DNA of 64,000 bases from Candidatus Curtissbacteria bacterium RIFCSPLOWO2_02_41_11 (GCA_001775055.1 MFBU01000015.1:4487-68486); one strand, 5' to 3'. Counted from the first letter of the stretch, positions 18,218-28,459 are shown. A program made the numbers and translations. Notes: generated by a model from the sequence alone, not told the origin.

Positions 18218-19312
18218 CTATCTAATTTGCCGCAAGAATGTGGGAATATCGAATTGGTCTTCGTCAATTTGACCGTCTTCACTCGGAGTAACCTCTTCTT
18301 GGGTAAGTGCTTTTTGTTCAGGCTCCTCAATTGTTGTTATTTGGGCAAATCTCCTTCGACTTTCGTCAAAACCGGTAGCAACAACGGTGACTTTAACCTG
18401 ATCAATTAATTTTTCGTCAATGGCCGCTCCAAAAATAATTTGGGCATCCGGGTCGGCTTGAGCAGTAATAACCTTAGCAGCTTCATCAACTTCGTTCATG
18501 GTCATATCCGGACCGCCGGTAATGTTAAAAAGCACACCTCTGGCGCCTTCGATCGAAGCATCCAGAAGCGGCGAGGCAATGGCCGAACGTGCGGCGGTTG
18601 AAGCGCGATTTTCACCGGAGGAAGTACCGACTCCCATCAAAGTGGTTCCGGCATTGGTCATAATCGTTTTGACATCGGCAAAATCAACATTGATTAGACC
18701 CGGCATGACGATAATATCCGAAATTCCCTGAACACCTTGCGAAAGGACAGAATCTGCCAGTTTAAAAGCTTCAAGCAAGGAAACGTTTTTATCGACAACC
18801 TCCAAAAGTTTTTGATTGGGAATAACAATTAGCGTATCAACTTTGTCACGCAGATTCTCAATGCCTTCATCGGCAACAATCATTCTTCTGGTACCTTCAA
18901 AGGCAAACGGTTTGGTAATAACCGCCACCGTCAAAATACCCATTTTGTGCGCCAGATCAGCGATAATCGGACCGCCACCGGTACCGGTTCCGCCGCCTGC
19001 ACCGTAGGTTAAAAAAGCCATGTCGGCACCGGTTATAACCTCTTTGATGCGCTCAAGCGACTCCTCGGCTGCCCTTTTGCCGATTTCCGGATCAGCACCA
19101 GCACCCAGACCTTTGGTGATACCATCTCCAATCTGAACTTTTGTTTGAGCAACTGACGCTAAAAGATGCTGTTGGTCCGTATTAACAGCCACAAAATCGA
19201 CACCCTGAATTTGCGCCTGGGAAATCATTGAATTTAAAGCGTTGGTGCCGCCGCCGCCAAGGCCTAAAACTTTTATTTTGGCAAATTTATTGACATCCGG
19301 TTTTATTAACAT
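18218..19312 (-). CDS. ftsZ: cell division GTPase FtsZ
   Basis: The tubulin signature GGGTGTGG is present with NTDQQ and a C-terminal DIPTFLRQ tail. Confidence 0.95.
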   Translation of the reverse strand: MLIKPDVNKFAKIKVLGLGGGGTNALNSMISQAQIQGVDFVAVNTDQQHLLASVAQTKVQIGDGITKGLGAGADPEIGKRAAEESLERIKEVITGADMAFLTYGAGGGTGTGGGPIIADLAHKMGILTVAVITKPFAFEGTRRMIVADEGIENLRDKVDTLIVIPNQKLLEVVDKNVSLLEAFKLADSVLSQGVQGISDIIVMPGLINVDFADVKTIMTNAGTTLMGVGTSSGENRASTAARSAIASPLLDASIEGARGVLFNITGGPDMTMNEVDEAAKVITAQADPDAQIIFGAAIDEKLIDQVKVTVVATGFDESRRRFAQITTIEEPEQKALTQEEVTPSEDGQIDEDQFDIPTFLRQIR

Positions 19313-19460
19313 TTTTCCCTATCAGTTTAGAGGTGACTTGAAGCTGCGACACAATTTAACACAGGAGAGATCTATTTGCAAGAGCAAAATTTTAGATGGA
19401 GATAATGAGTGTAGTAGAGGCTTTTGTGATTTGGTGCAAAATTCGGGGACGGTTTTCGAA

Positions 19461-19937
19461 CTACATGTATTTTTGTTTAAAAGCTTCCAAGGCCTTTGAT
19501 AAAGGAGGCACGTTATATTTGGCTCTCTCTTCATCAGTAACTGATGCATCTAAAGGTTGGACCACTTCCCATTCACCTTGACTGTTTTGGATAAATTGTG
19601 TCCCAAACTTTTGAGGTTTGCCAACCGACAAAAGCCATCTATCTAGAGATGCTGCAAAAAGCCATTTTGCTCTTTCATCACCCATTTCCATTGCTTTTCT
19701 CGCAAGTTCATTTGCCTTTTGGAAGTCTTTAGAGGCTTCTCCGTGCTGAAAAATTAAGGCTGCATGATAAAAATCTTTGGCGACCTTAAGACCTCCAGAG
19801 TCGATTATTTCCTTAACTCTTTTCCTGCGTTCCTTATCATGTTCCAAAAGCTCTTCATCAGCACCAACTTTGGAAGAACCAAGTTTTTTCCTCTCGTTAA
19901 CGTCAGCTTTATAAAGCGCCTTCAATTCTTCATTCAT
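19461..19937 (-). CDS. hypothetical protein (158 aa)
   Basis: It is an ORF in the accessory block between ftsZ and ftsA. Confidence 0.45.
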   Translation of the reverse strand: MNEELKALYKADVNERKKLGSSKVGADEELLEHDKERRKRVKEIIDSGGLKVAKDFYHAALIFQHGEASKDFQKANELARKAMEMGDERAKWLFAASLDRWLLSVGKPQKFGTQFIQNSQGEWEVVQPLDASVTDEERAKYNVPPLSKALEAFKQKYM

Positions 19938-20146
19938 GATTGTAGAAGTATATCATGAAAAACTTGAGGCTAAAAAGTGGCGCTCGCCATTCTGTAGCTT
20001 TAGCGAAAGATGGCTCCCCAATGTTAGCGCCACTAACCGAGTTTGACTCGACGCACTTAGGAGGTATTTTCTAGAGAGAGAATTTGAGCCGATATTTACT
20101 TAAATTTGGCTCCGCTGGCTAGACGACGTTAGAACCTATTTTATAA

Positions 20147-20479
20147 CTACCAGCTGTGGCCAAGTTCACATAATTTCAACCACACTTTTACGTCTCCTAC
20201 AGAGGGTAAATTTTCTTTAATATAAGCCATTACTTCTCTACAAATTTCGTCTTGCTTCTGAACTCTTTCGGAAAAAGAGTGGGCAGTAATCTCTAGTTCC
20301 ACGCGGCCTATCATTTCTCCGCCACTTACTTGTATGAATCTAACACTTATCTCTTTTGTAGTTAGCTTAACATCTCCGCAGGTAAGCTTTTCTGCAAGGA
20401 ATTCTTTCAGCTTTGGGACAAAGAATTGTAGTTCTTTACTGTTTTTCTGTTGAACAAAATAGAGATTTACAGTAGGCAC
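20147..20479 (-). CDS. hypothetical protein (110 aa), N-terminal Met-Pro (tautomerase-like?)
   Basis: The MPTVNLYF start is reminiscent of Pro1 tautomerase-superfamily/DUF1904-like proteins. This is a weak call. Confidence 0.35.
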   Translation of the reverse strand: MPTVNLYFVQQKNSKELQFFVPKLKEFLAEKLTCGDVKLTTKEISVRFIQVSGGEMIGRVELEITAHSFSERVQKQDEICREVMAYIKENLPSVGDVKVWLKLCELGHSW

Positions 20480-20605
20480 AGATCTATTATATCAAGGAGC
20501 AAGAATGTTGGTGTCCCACTATTTGCGCACTTAGGACGTTTTTTCTAGAGACTGAGGTCGTGTTTGAGCCGAGATTTTTATAATGGGACGATTTCAGAAT
20601 TATAA

Positions 20606-21133
20606 CTAATTGAAATATTCTGAAAGTTTGTTTTGTCCAAGTTCTCCCCAAGGATGGACTTCATATTTTGCACCATTTTCCCTTAAAAGCTCTATATAAG
20701 CTTCAGTACTGATAGTTAACATACCTCTATGTGTAATGAATTCGAGTAACTTTCTTAATTCACCATCAACTGGCCAAAATCTAGTTATTCTAATAGCTGA
20801 TGCTATTAAATTTATAGCCATATCACTAGCATTTAAAAAATCATTGGTACTAGGCAGTGTGTGGTCTCTATGACATCTGCCTTCGGGATGTGTATGCATA
20901 AGTATGTCTGAGTCTCTGGGCATAACATATGCAGGAACTCCAAGTTCACTTGCCTTTATCACAAACCAGTTTGGCTTTTGGTATACAAAACCAGACTCAT
21001 CCTTTAAAGTGGTTGTCCATCTTAATAATTCTGGAGATGGTTCTTCGGCAAGTAAACCCACCTGTATTCTTTCAAAATTTTTTACTAACAATTCCTTCGG
21101 ATCGACTAAAGGCGGTAATTGTCTTTCTACCAT
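20606..21133 (-). CDS. hypothetical protein (175 aa) with H-x-H...S-x-x-D metal-site-like stretch
   Basis: MHTHPEGRCHRDHTLPSTND resembles but does not match the JAMM motif. Confidence 0.4.
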   Translation of the reverse strand: MVERQLPPLVDPKELLVKNFERIQVGLLAEEPSPELLRWTTTLKDESGFVYQKPNWFVIKASELGVPAYVMPRDSDILMHTHPEGRCHRDHTLPSTNDFLNASDMAINLIASAIRITRFWPVDGELRKLLEFITHRGMLTISTEAYIELLRENGAKYEVHPWGELGQNKLSEYFN

Positions 21134-21220
21134 AGAGGGAATTATTATACTATTCCGAAGCTAAATTGGCAAACTATGAGATACTGATGTGATTGTGATG
21201 GAACGATTTTCGGACTGAAT

Positions 21221-21478
21221 TTATGAAGCAAGTGCTTGTTGCTTCACTTCTTTAGGAAAAACCTCAGAAGTTTCTTTTAGAAATTTTGAGGCATTAAGAA
21301 TTTCCAATAACAAGAGCTCGCCTTTGGCCGATAAATGAGAAATAATATTTCCAGACTGTTGAGCATCATCGATCTTCCCTTTTCCAAGGAAAACCATCAA
21401 TACATCATCTTCTTGATCATAACGATATTTAACTCTCGCCATATCTACCCTTTCTGTAAATGTAGAAAGTAATGACAA
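21221..21478 (-). CDS. DUF2283-family protein (putative antitoxin partner)
   Basis: The pattern YDQEDDVLMVFL...GELLLLEILNASKF matches the DUF2283 pattern YD.E.D.L.I...G.L.G.EIL.AS. Confidence 0.5.
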   Translation of the reverse strand: MSLLSTFTERVDMARVKYRYDQEDDVLMVFLGKGKIDDAQQSGNIISHLSAKGELLLLEILNASKFLKETSEVFPKEVKQQALAS

Positions 21479-21483
21479 TTATA

Positions 21484-21684
21484 TCATTTCTTTTGCTTTC
21501 TATACACTACTCGGAGATTATGCCTTTTATCAAAACCAGTAGCAACTATTGAATTGTCGTTGTCCAAAGAGCGATATTTAGGGTTTTTAATTGTGTCAGA
21601 AATTTTCGATTTGGTAATAATAATTCCAAATATCCTAAGATCGGAAAATTTCTTTTCGGCATGTTTTGTATACTTAATCTTCAC
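21484..21684 (-). CDS. DUF4258-family protein (putative toxin partner)
   Basis: It is a ~66-aa basic protein with HAEKKF and RVVYRK motifs. It sits immediately upstream of the DUF2283 gene, only 5 nt apart. Confidence 0.5.
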   Translation of the reverse strand: MKIKYTKHAEKKFSDLRIFGIIITKSKISDTIKNPKYRSLDNDNSIVATGFDKRHNLRVVYRKQKK

Positions 21685-21825
21685 ACAGAAATTGTATCAT
21701 GAAGATAAGAAATCAGATTAAGACTACATTGTGCTCCAACGGGACGGTTTTCGAACTAGATTTGAAGTGACCTTTTAAACTATGTTAATTTTGGAATATC
21801 CTATCAATCAAACCCAGGACCGTCC

Positions 21826-22116
21826 CTAATTCCGATTTCTGTAAATTAAAATCTGTCCGAGTATTATTCCCGTTGTTATCATTCCCGCTCCTTGTCCGAT
21901 GATAAGAACATTATCTTTTTGATAAATTCCGTGTATTGTCCAAAGAAAATAAGAAACAAATGCTAAAAGAAAGAAAATCGTTGAAATTCCTTCAGTGGAT
22001 TTACGCTTATAAATCTTTTTTATCTGGTCAGGAAGACCTATCACTTTTACGAATATTGCAACTGTCGTTGTAAGAAATCCAATTACGCTAGCTATCGTTA
22101 ATCCATCCATACGCAA
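21826..22116 (-). CDS. PQ-loop/SemiSWEET-like 3-TM membrane protein
   Basis: It is 96 aa with three TM helices and a GLPDQIKKIYKRKSTEGIS PQ-loop-like motif. Confidence 0.45.
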   Translation of the reverse strand: MRMDGLTIASVIGFLTTTVAIFVKVIGLPDQIKKIYKRKSTEGISTIFFLLAFVSYFLWTIHGIYQKDNVLIIGQGAGMITTGIILGQILIYRNRN

Positions 22117-22157
22117 AAGTATAGCAGAAAAAACCAGTAAGTATTACAATTTGAGCC

Positions 22158-22691
22158 GTGGAAAATATAAAAGTTATAAAAGGTACACTAAAACAATTCG
22201 AAGTTTTTTACAGATTGTGGAGAAAAACACTTGAGGGCGGTCTTTTTCTTTACTCAAAGAACAGTGTTAGATTCATGATTGAAGAAGAACTCCCAAAAGC
22301 ATTTCTGAAAGCAGAAATCAGAAAGGGCAATAAATATCTTTTCGTCGCCTACCAAGATGATATACCGGTAGGCTATTTATTAACTAACAAAACAAAAGGG
22401 GGCATAGCCTTTGGTCATTGGCTCGGAGTGAATTCCAAATTCCAGAAACAGGGAGCAGCTACAGCACTACTTTCATTTTGGGAAAAAGATGCACTAGAAG
22501 AAGGTGCGCATAAATTACAGCTCTGGACAACTAGAAATAATCTGACTTTTTATAAAAATAGAGGCTTTACAAAAGGTGGCAGCTTTCCAGAGAGCTGGTT
22601 TGGACTAGACCACTTCCTTTTCTATAAAACCTTGAGAAAATCTGATGAAAAACTTTTTCTTAGAGATTTTTTAAAGAAGAAAAGTGGCTAA
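22158..22691 (+). CDS. GNAT-family N-acetyltransferase
   Basis: The acetyl-CoA motif-A-like sequence is FQKQGAATALL. Confidence 0.55.
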   Translation: MENIKVIKGTLKQFEVFYRLWRKTLEGGLFLYSKNSVRFMIEEELPKAFLKAEIRKGNKYLFVAYQDDIPVGYLLTNKTKGGIAFGHWLGVNSKFQKQGAATALLSFWEKDALEEGAHKLQLWTTRNNLTFYKNRGFTKGGSFPESWFGLDHFLFYKTLRKSDEKLFLRDFLKKKSG

Positions 22692-22791
22692 AAATCATTG
22701 TTCCATACGTTGTCAGAGCAACCTGTATATGGAGTCACATGAGAACTTTTAAGAACTATGTGATACCTTTTTGGGCGGATGTGGTGCCGAA

Positions 22792-24069
22792 TCAGGGAAG
22801 AATTGATTTAATTAGATCAAGACCTTTGTTAACCAGACCTTTTATCTCTATCCTGCCAACCAACGGCAACCTGACTTCTTCCTGTTGATAGTCAGCTCCG
22901 TAGATAACAAGACCAAGACTGGCGGCATAAGCCGGTGAAGCAACTTCATCAACAAGACCGGTTGCACCAGAAGGCAAGCCAATTCTAACCGGCATCCCCA
23001 GTTCTTGTTTAGCCAAATCAACCATACCGCAAGTTTCTGCGCCGCCGCCGGTTAAAACGACACCTGAGGGCGTCAGACCAGCAAAGTTCGACTTTTGAAT
23101 TTCCAATTTAACCATATTTAAAATCTCCCTGACTCTTGGCTTCATAATGCCGTCAGTTAAGGTTTTTTTAGAAACATTACGGATATCCTCGTCAATTGAA
23201 AGACTGGCGATATCAAGTACATCCGATTCTTTTTTATCGACAGATTCTCCTTTTTCATCAACTTCGACGGCAATTTTAGGCGGACGAGAAAGGGCAAGCT
23301 TGATTTTTTCTGCCGAATCAAGTGAAATCCTCAGTCCAATTGCCAAGTCATTAGTCACATTTCTGGCACCGATTGGTAAAACCGAACAATAAGCCGGAGC
23401 GCCTTCAACAAAAATGCAGATATCGGTTGTACCTCCGCCGAAATCGACTAAAATTACGCCCAGTTCGCGCTCGGTGTCGGTTAACACCGAATAAGACGAG
23501 GCCAAGCCGGAAAAGACCATTCCTTCAACGTCAATACCGATAGTTGAAATGCATTTGGCGATATTACGAAGAGCAGTCGTTGCTCCGGTTACTATATGGG
23601 TTTCAACCTCCATTCTGACTCCATTCATGCCAATGGGATCCTTAATGCCGCTTTGCGAATCGACAATAAAATATCTTGGAATCACATGCAGAATTTCTCT
23701 TGATGAAGGTAGTGAAATTGCCCGGGCCGCTTCAATTACTCGCATGACATCGTCTTGCGAGATTTCACCATGGGGATCAGATACCGCAACCACGCCTTTG
23801 GAATTTTGCGACTCGATGTGGGTACCGTCAACAGAAACAAAAGCGGTTCCTGCAGAATATCCGGCCATCCGTTCTGCAGCCTCAAGCGAGGCAGTTATCG
23901 AAGCTACCGCCTCATCAATATCGACAACCTGGCCTTTGCGAAGACCGCGTGAAGGTTGGGAAGATACGCCAATTATATTAACGGAAGACGCAGCTTGGAC
24001 TGTAGTGATAATCGTAGTAACTTTGGAGGAACCAACATCAATACCAACCACAACTTTATCTTTAGACAT
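22792..24069 (-). CDS. ftsA: cell division protein FtsA (actin-like ATPase)
   Basis: The signatures VVGIDVGSSKV, DFGGGTTD and VLTGGGA are present. Confidence 0.9.
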   Translation of the reverse strand: MSKDKVVVGIDVGSSKVTTIITTVQAASSVNIIGVSSQPSRGLRKGQVVDIDEAVASITASLEAAERMAGYSAGTAFVSVDGTHIESQNSKGVVAVSDPHGEISQDDVMRVIEAARAISLPSSREILHVIPRYFIVDSQSGIKDPIGMNGVRMEVETHIVTGATTALRNIAKCISTIGIDVEGMVFSGLASSYSVLTDTERELGVILVDFGGGTTDICIFVEGAPAYCSVLPIGARNVTNDLAIGLRISLDSAEKIKLALSRPPKIAVEVDEKGESVDKKESDVLDIASLSIDEDIRNVSKKTLTDGIMKPRVREILNMVKLEIQKSNFAGLTPSGVVLTGGGAETCGMVDLAKQELGMPVRIGLPSGATGLVDEVASPAYAASLGLVIYGADYQQEEVRLPLVGRIEIKGLVNKGLDLIKSILP

Positions 24070-24121
24070 AATTTAAAGAGTACCACGAGTATCAAGAGTA
24101 CCACGGGTACCAAGAGTTTTT

Positions 24122-24811
24122 TTATTGGCGATAGCTAATGACCGGTTTATCAAAGCGCAAGTCGATTTTGGCAATTTTTGCAGACTCTATTTTAGCTTTA
24201 GATATAACTTGCTGTAAAGAGTCAACCTGTACTTCTTTATCTTTTTTTGAAGAAAAAATAGCCAGTTGCCCCTGTTGATTATAAATTACCACTTCATCAT
24301 TACCCACGATGCGGACATTGACGGGCAAAAAATCGGATTTTAAAAGTTTGGATGTCGTTTGAATTGCAAAAATTGCCGTCGGGTCGGAAATCTTTTGGCC
24401 TAAAACAACTTTAACCTCCGGTGGTAAAAAAATGATCGGATTATCTTTTTGTGAAATGCCTTCTGTAACCTGTCCATCATCAGTTAACATGAAATTAGTC
24501 CCTTCAATTTTAACCACTGGTTCTTTAACAGTAATCTTAATTTCCAGTTTAGAAGGAAATTTCTTACCAACCTCAATATTCCCAATACAGCTATATTGGC
24601 TTTTGAGCGTATTTTCTAATTTTCCTTTGGAAATAAAAAATAGATTTTTGGAATTTTTAAGCGCATCAAAGACATCTTGGGCTTTAAGACAATCCTGATT
24701 TTGAGAAATATCTATTTTTTGGGCTTTGAATAACGGTGAATAAAACAGCGCAAAGACAATAATTAGAATAATAACTGCAAAAATTAGGGCAGGTTTGAAA
24801 ACTAGCGACAT
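24122..24811 (-). CDS. ftsQ: FtsQ/DivIB-like cell division protein
   Basis: An N-terminal TM is followed by a POTRA-like region. It sits in the ftsQ position between murG and ftsA. Confidence 0.55.
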   Translation of the reverse strand: MSLVFKPALIFAVIILIIVFALFYSPLFKAQKIDISQNQDCLKAQDVFDALKNSKNLFFISKGKLENTLKSQYSCIGNIEVGKKFPSKLEIKITVKEPVVKIEGTNFMLTDDGQVTEGISQKDNPIIFLPPEVKVVLGQKISDPTAIFAIQTTSKLLKSDFLPVNVRIVGNDEVVIYNQQGQLAIFSSKKDKEVQVDSLQQVISKAKIESAKIAKIDLRFDKPVISYRQ

Positions 24812-24827
24812 ACTTTAAGTATACCTT

Positions 24828-25928
24828 TTAGACACAAAATTTGCGGATAAAAAGAGCCATTTTTAAGGCGGCATCAAGAGGCAGGGTTTTTTGGAATTTT
24901 TGGGCGTCATTTTTGTATTTTGCATAGTCGGTGATTATTTGGCCAACAGCCGTTTTTATAACTTTTGAATCTGTATCTTTTTGTCCAATGACAATTGACG
25001 AGCCGGCCTTTTCTAGAATCTTGGCATTGGCTTTTTGTTCACCTAAAGCAGCAATTGGCAAGGGCACTAGAATTGCCGGTTTTGCTAAAGCCGCCAGTTC
25101 CCAAACCGTATTGGCTCCGGATCTTGAAATGACAACGGACGCTTTATTTAAAACTGCCCCAATATCTTCCGGTTGGATGTAATCGATGGCCAAATAGTTT
25201 TTTTGCTTTAGTCTTGCGGCAAAATCCCAATCGCCTTTGAAGTTAGCTGTTCCGACCTGATGAAAAATATGATAGTTGTCAAAAATATCTAAGGAGGTAA
25301 ATACCAGCTTATTTAAAAAATGCGAGCCTTGATTGCCACCGGTTATCAAGATCAACTTTTTACTTTTGTTGAGAAATTGACTAATTTTAATCGACTTAGC
25401 ACTTGTTTTAAATATCGACTTTCTAATTAAATTGCCAATTACCTGACATTTTTCTTTTGGAAAGTAACTTAGAGTTTGCGGCCAGGAAAGAAACAGCTTC
25501 TTGGCAAAAATAGAGTTTATTTTGGTAGCAAGTCCCGGTATTATCGATTGTTCGTGAGCAATTGTAGCAATGCCTAAAAGCCAACCGCTAAATACTACTG
25601 GTACCGACAGATAACCTCCGAAGGAAATAATAAGAGTGGGTCTTTCAATAAGCAAAAAAATAAACGACTCCAGAAATCCCAAGGGTATTTTTAGAAGAGA
25701 AGGAATAGTAAACTTAGTAAATTTACGCTGAAGTCTGCCAGTTTCTACTGAAAAAAAACGGATTCCTTTTTGGGTAATAACGCGATATTCGGCAGATAAA
25801 CTTTCTGAGCCTTCAGTTGCATATTTTCGCCCGAAAAACAAAATTTGACAATTTTTATCATTTTCAAACTGCTCAATAAGTGCCAAGGCAGGAGTTAAGT
25901 GCCCACCGCAAATAACAATTTTTTTCAT
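24828..25928 (-). CDS. murG: undecaprenyldiphospho-muramoylpentapeptide beta-N-acetylglucosaminyltransferase MurG (GT28)
   Basis: The N-terminal motif is VICGGHLTPALA and the C-terminal motif is LITGGNQG. Confidence 0.8.
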   Translation of the reverse strand: MKKIVICGGHLTPALALIEQFENDKNCQILFFGRKYATEGSESLSAEYRVITQKGIRFFSVETGRLQRKFTKFTIPSLLKIPLGFLESFIFLLIERPTLIISFGGYLSVPVVFSGWLLGIATIAHEQSIIPGLATKINSIFAKKLFLSWPQTLSYFPKEKCQVIGNLIRKSIFKTSAKSIKISQFLNKSKKLILITGGNQGSHFLNKLVFTSLDIFDNYHIFHQVGTANFKGDWDFAARLKQKNYLAIDYIQPEDIGAVLNKASVVISRSGANTVWELAALAKPAILVPLPIAALGEQKANAKILEKAGSSIVIGQKDTDSKVIKTAVGQIITDYAKYKNDAQKFQKTLPLDAALKMALFIRKFCV

Positions 25929-27040
25929 CCTTGTCTTTTAATATTTAAGAGAATGCCAATAGCCGACATAGTTACAAATAATGATGAGCCTCCATATGAA
26001 ATAAAAGGAAGAGGCACTCCAGTTAAGGGAACGAGTGCAACATTTGAGGCTAAGTTAAATAATATCTGTAGTGATAAAAGACCAACGATACCCATGGCCA
26101 ATATTTTCCCTTGATAATCTGGACTTTGCCTGGCAATGGTCAGCGCTCTGGTTATTAAAAATAAAAACAGTGAGATCAGAAAAATGGCACCGATGAAGCC
26201 TAATTCTTCGACAAATACAGCAAAAATGGCATCGCTGTGCACTTCGGGAATAAAGGCAAATTTGCTTCGAGAATACCCGAGTCCCACGCCTTTGAGACCA
26301 CCGGCAGAAAGTGCTGTAATGATCTGGCTTATTTGGTAAGAAGCACCCTGAGGATCGTAACTTGGATCAATAAAAGACCTTAACCTTTCAAGTCTGTAAG
26401 GTTGAGTAATAATCGCTGTTACCCCAGCAGCAACAATAACCGGAACTAGCATTAAAAAATGCCATAGTGGCGCACGGCCGACAAAGTAAATCACCATCGC
26501 TATACCTATAAACATTAAGGAAGTTCCTAAATCCGGTTCAACCAAAACAAGGAAGGTGAGCAAAAATACAGGCAAAAATAAAACAAGTGCAATATCCTTT
26601 AGGCTAATCTTAAAGTTTTCAAATTTGACCATTATCGAAGCTGCATAAAAAATAATGGCAAGCTTGGCAAATTCAGACGGCTGAAAGGTAAAACTGCCCA
26701 GATTAATCCAGCGTTTAGCCCCGTAAGCCTCGGTTCCGATATGGGGTATCAAAACCAATATCAGAAGCAGTGCAGCCAGTCCCATAATCGGCAAGCTTAG
26801 TCTCAAAAGTTTACGGTAATTGAAAAAACTGAAAAATCCCAGCGCCATAAAAGAAAGACTAGCCCAAATGAGCTGATTTTTAAAATAGTAAAGTTTATCG
26901 CCGAAATCGCGATAAGCTGCAACTACAGAAGCATCATAGATTACCAAAAGCCCAATTAAAACCAGAAGAGTTGTTGCACCCAAAAGCCAGATGTCGATTT
27001 TTGCTTTTTGGGATTTTAAGACCTGACTTTTATCTTCCAT
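25925..27040 (-). CDS. ftsW: SEDS peptidoglycan glycosyltransferase FtsW
   Basis: SEDS motifs are present: PEVHSDAIFAV and GGSSL. It sits in the dcw position between murD and murG. Confidence 0.85.
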   Translation of the reverse strand: MEDKSQVLKSQKAKIDIWLLGATTLLVLIGLLVIYDASVVAAYRDFGDKLYYFKNQLIWASLSFMALGFFSFFNYRKLLRLSLPIMGLAALLLILVLIPHIGTEAYGAKRWINLGSFTFQPSEFAKLAIIFYAASIMVKFENFKISLKDIALVLFLPVFLLTFLVLVEPDLGTSLMFIGIAMVIYFVGRAPLWHFLMLVPVIVAAGVTAIITQPYRLERLRSFIDPSYDPQGASYQISQIITALSAGGLKGVGLGYSRSKFAFIPEVHSDAIFAVFVEELGFIGAIFLISLFLFLITRALTIARQSPDYQGKILAMGIVGLLSLQILFNLASNVALVPLTGVPLPFISYGGSSLFVTMSAIGILLNIKRQG

Positions 27041-27045
27041 AATTT

Positions 27046-28410
27046 TTACTTTAAATTTTTAACCTCTTTTATAAATTGCATTCCCCGATCCTGATAATTT
27101 TTAAACATATCAAATGACGCACAGGCTGGCGATAGAATAACCACATCACCGGACTTTGCCTCTTGGTATGCACGACTTATGATTTGATGCATATTGTTAG
27201 CTCCTTCTATTATTTTAGCGTCAGTACCTCCTGATTTGGCGATTGCTTTTTTGATTCTTGTTGCTTCCTGACCGACAAGGATGATTGCTTTAATACTTTT
27301 ATTCTGATTAATTTCTTGGGCAAGCAGACTAAAATCGGAGTTTTTTGATGAACCGCCAAGTATTAAGATCTTTGGCTGGCGAAATGCCTCAATGGCAGCC
27401 ACAGTTGTTTCCGGAATCGTTGAAAAGGAATCGTTATAAAACTTGATATTTTTAAATTCTCTAACCAATTGTAACCTGTGAACTAAGCCCTTAAAAGTTT
27501 TAAGTACTAAGGTGATGTTTTTTGTTTTGATGTTATAGATCTTGGCGCAAGCTACGGCAGCCAAAACATTTTGTAAATTGTGGGCTCCTGGCAGAAGTAT
27601 CTGTGAAGTTTTACAGATTTCTTCACTTTTGCCGATTTCGGATAGGATTGAATCACTTTCCAGATAAACGCCATTAGTTTTTTGCTTTGTTGAAATAAAA
27701 TAGACCTTGGCCTTGGTCCTTTGGGCAAAATTCCCTGAAACTTCAAAATCTTGATTAATAATGGCAAAATCATTTTCGTTTTGAAATGAAACAATTGATT
27801 CCTTCGCGCGCCGATATTCAGGTGTATCTTGATGCCAATCAAGATGTTCTGAGGTAATCATCAGAATAACGGCTATATGGGGACTTTTTTTAAGATCAAT
27901 AAGCTGAAAACTGGATAGCTCCAGAATAACAATACTTTGCCTGTCAACTTTTGGCAGGATTTCAAGGGCAGGCGTGCCGATATTGCCGGCTAAAAAAACA
28001 TTATTAATTTGGCTTTTGAGCATTTCATAAATTAGAGTTACCGTTGTGCCCTTACCTTTGGTGCCGGTTACGCCAATAATTTCGCTTTGGCAAAGATCAA
28101 AAAATATTTTTGTCGGAGATGTTAATTGCGCCCCATTTTTTTTAAGATTCAATATTGTATTATCATCCGGTCGGACTCCTGGAGAACGAACTATGTAATC
28201 GACTTTTAGGCCACTAGGCACGTTTTGAATTTGAAAGAATTCAAAACGTTTGATGTTTAAAGATTTAAAAAAAACATTATCTATTGCCTCCTTTGATTTT
28301 TGATCAATGATTATGATTTGATTTTCTGAGCCTAAAAAGTTGGCAGCCGAAACACCTTCTTTCCCAAAACCTATGATTGCTATCTTTTTATCCTTAATGG
28401 TTTTCATCAA
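27046..28410 (-). CDS. murD: UDP-N-acetylmuramoylalanine--D-glutamate ligase
   Basis: The N-terminus is KIAIIGFGKEG and the P-loop is GVTGTKGKGTT. Confidence 0.85.
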   Translation of the reverse strand: MMKTIKDKKIAIIGFGKEGVSAANFLGSENQIIIIDQKSKEAIDNVFFKSLNIKRFEFFQIQNVPSGLKVDYIVRSPGVRPDDNTILNLKKNGAQLTSPTKIFFDLCQSEIIGVTGTKGKGTTVTLIYEMLKSQINNVFLAGNIGTPALEILPKVDRQSIVILELSSFQLIDLKKSPHIAVILMITSEHLDWHQDTPEYRRAKESIVSFQNENDFAIINQDFEVSGNFAQRTKAKVYFISTKQKTNGVYLESDSILSEIGKSEEICKTSQILLPGAHNLQNVLAAVACAKIYNIKTKNITLVLKTFKGLVHRLQLVREFKNIKFYNDSFSTIPETTVAAIEAFRQPKILILGGSSKNSDFSLLAQEINQNKSIKAIILVGQEATRIKKAIAKSGGTDAKIIEGANNMHQIISRAYQEAKSGDVVILSPACASFDMFKNYQDRGMQFIKEVKNLK

Positions 28411-28459
28411 ACGTAAACTCTTTAATTATTTAAATCATTAAAGTATGGATACTATAAAG

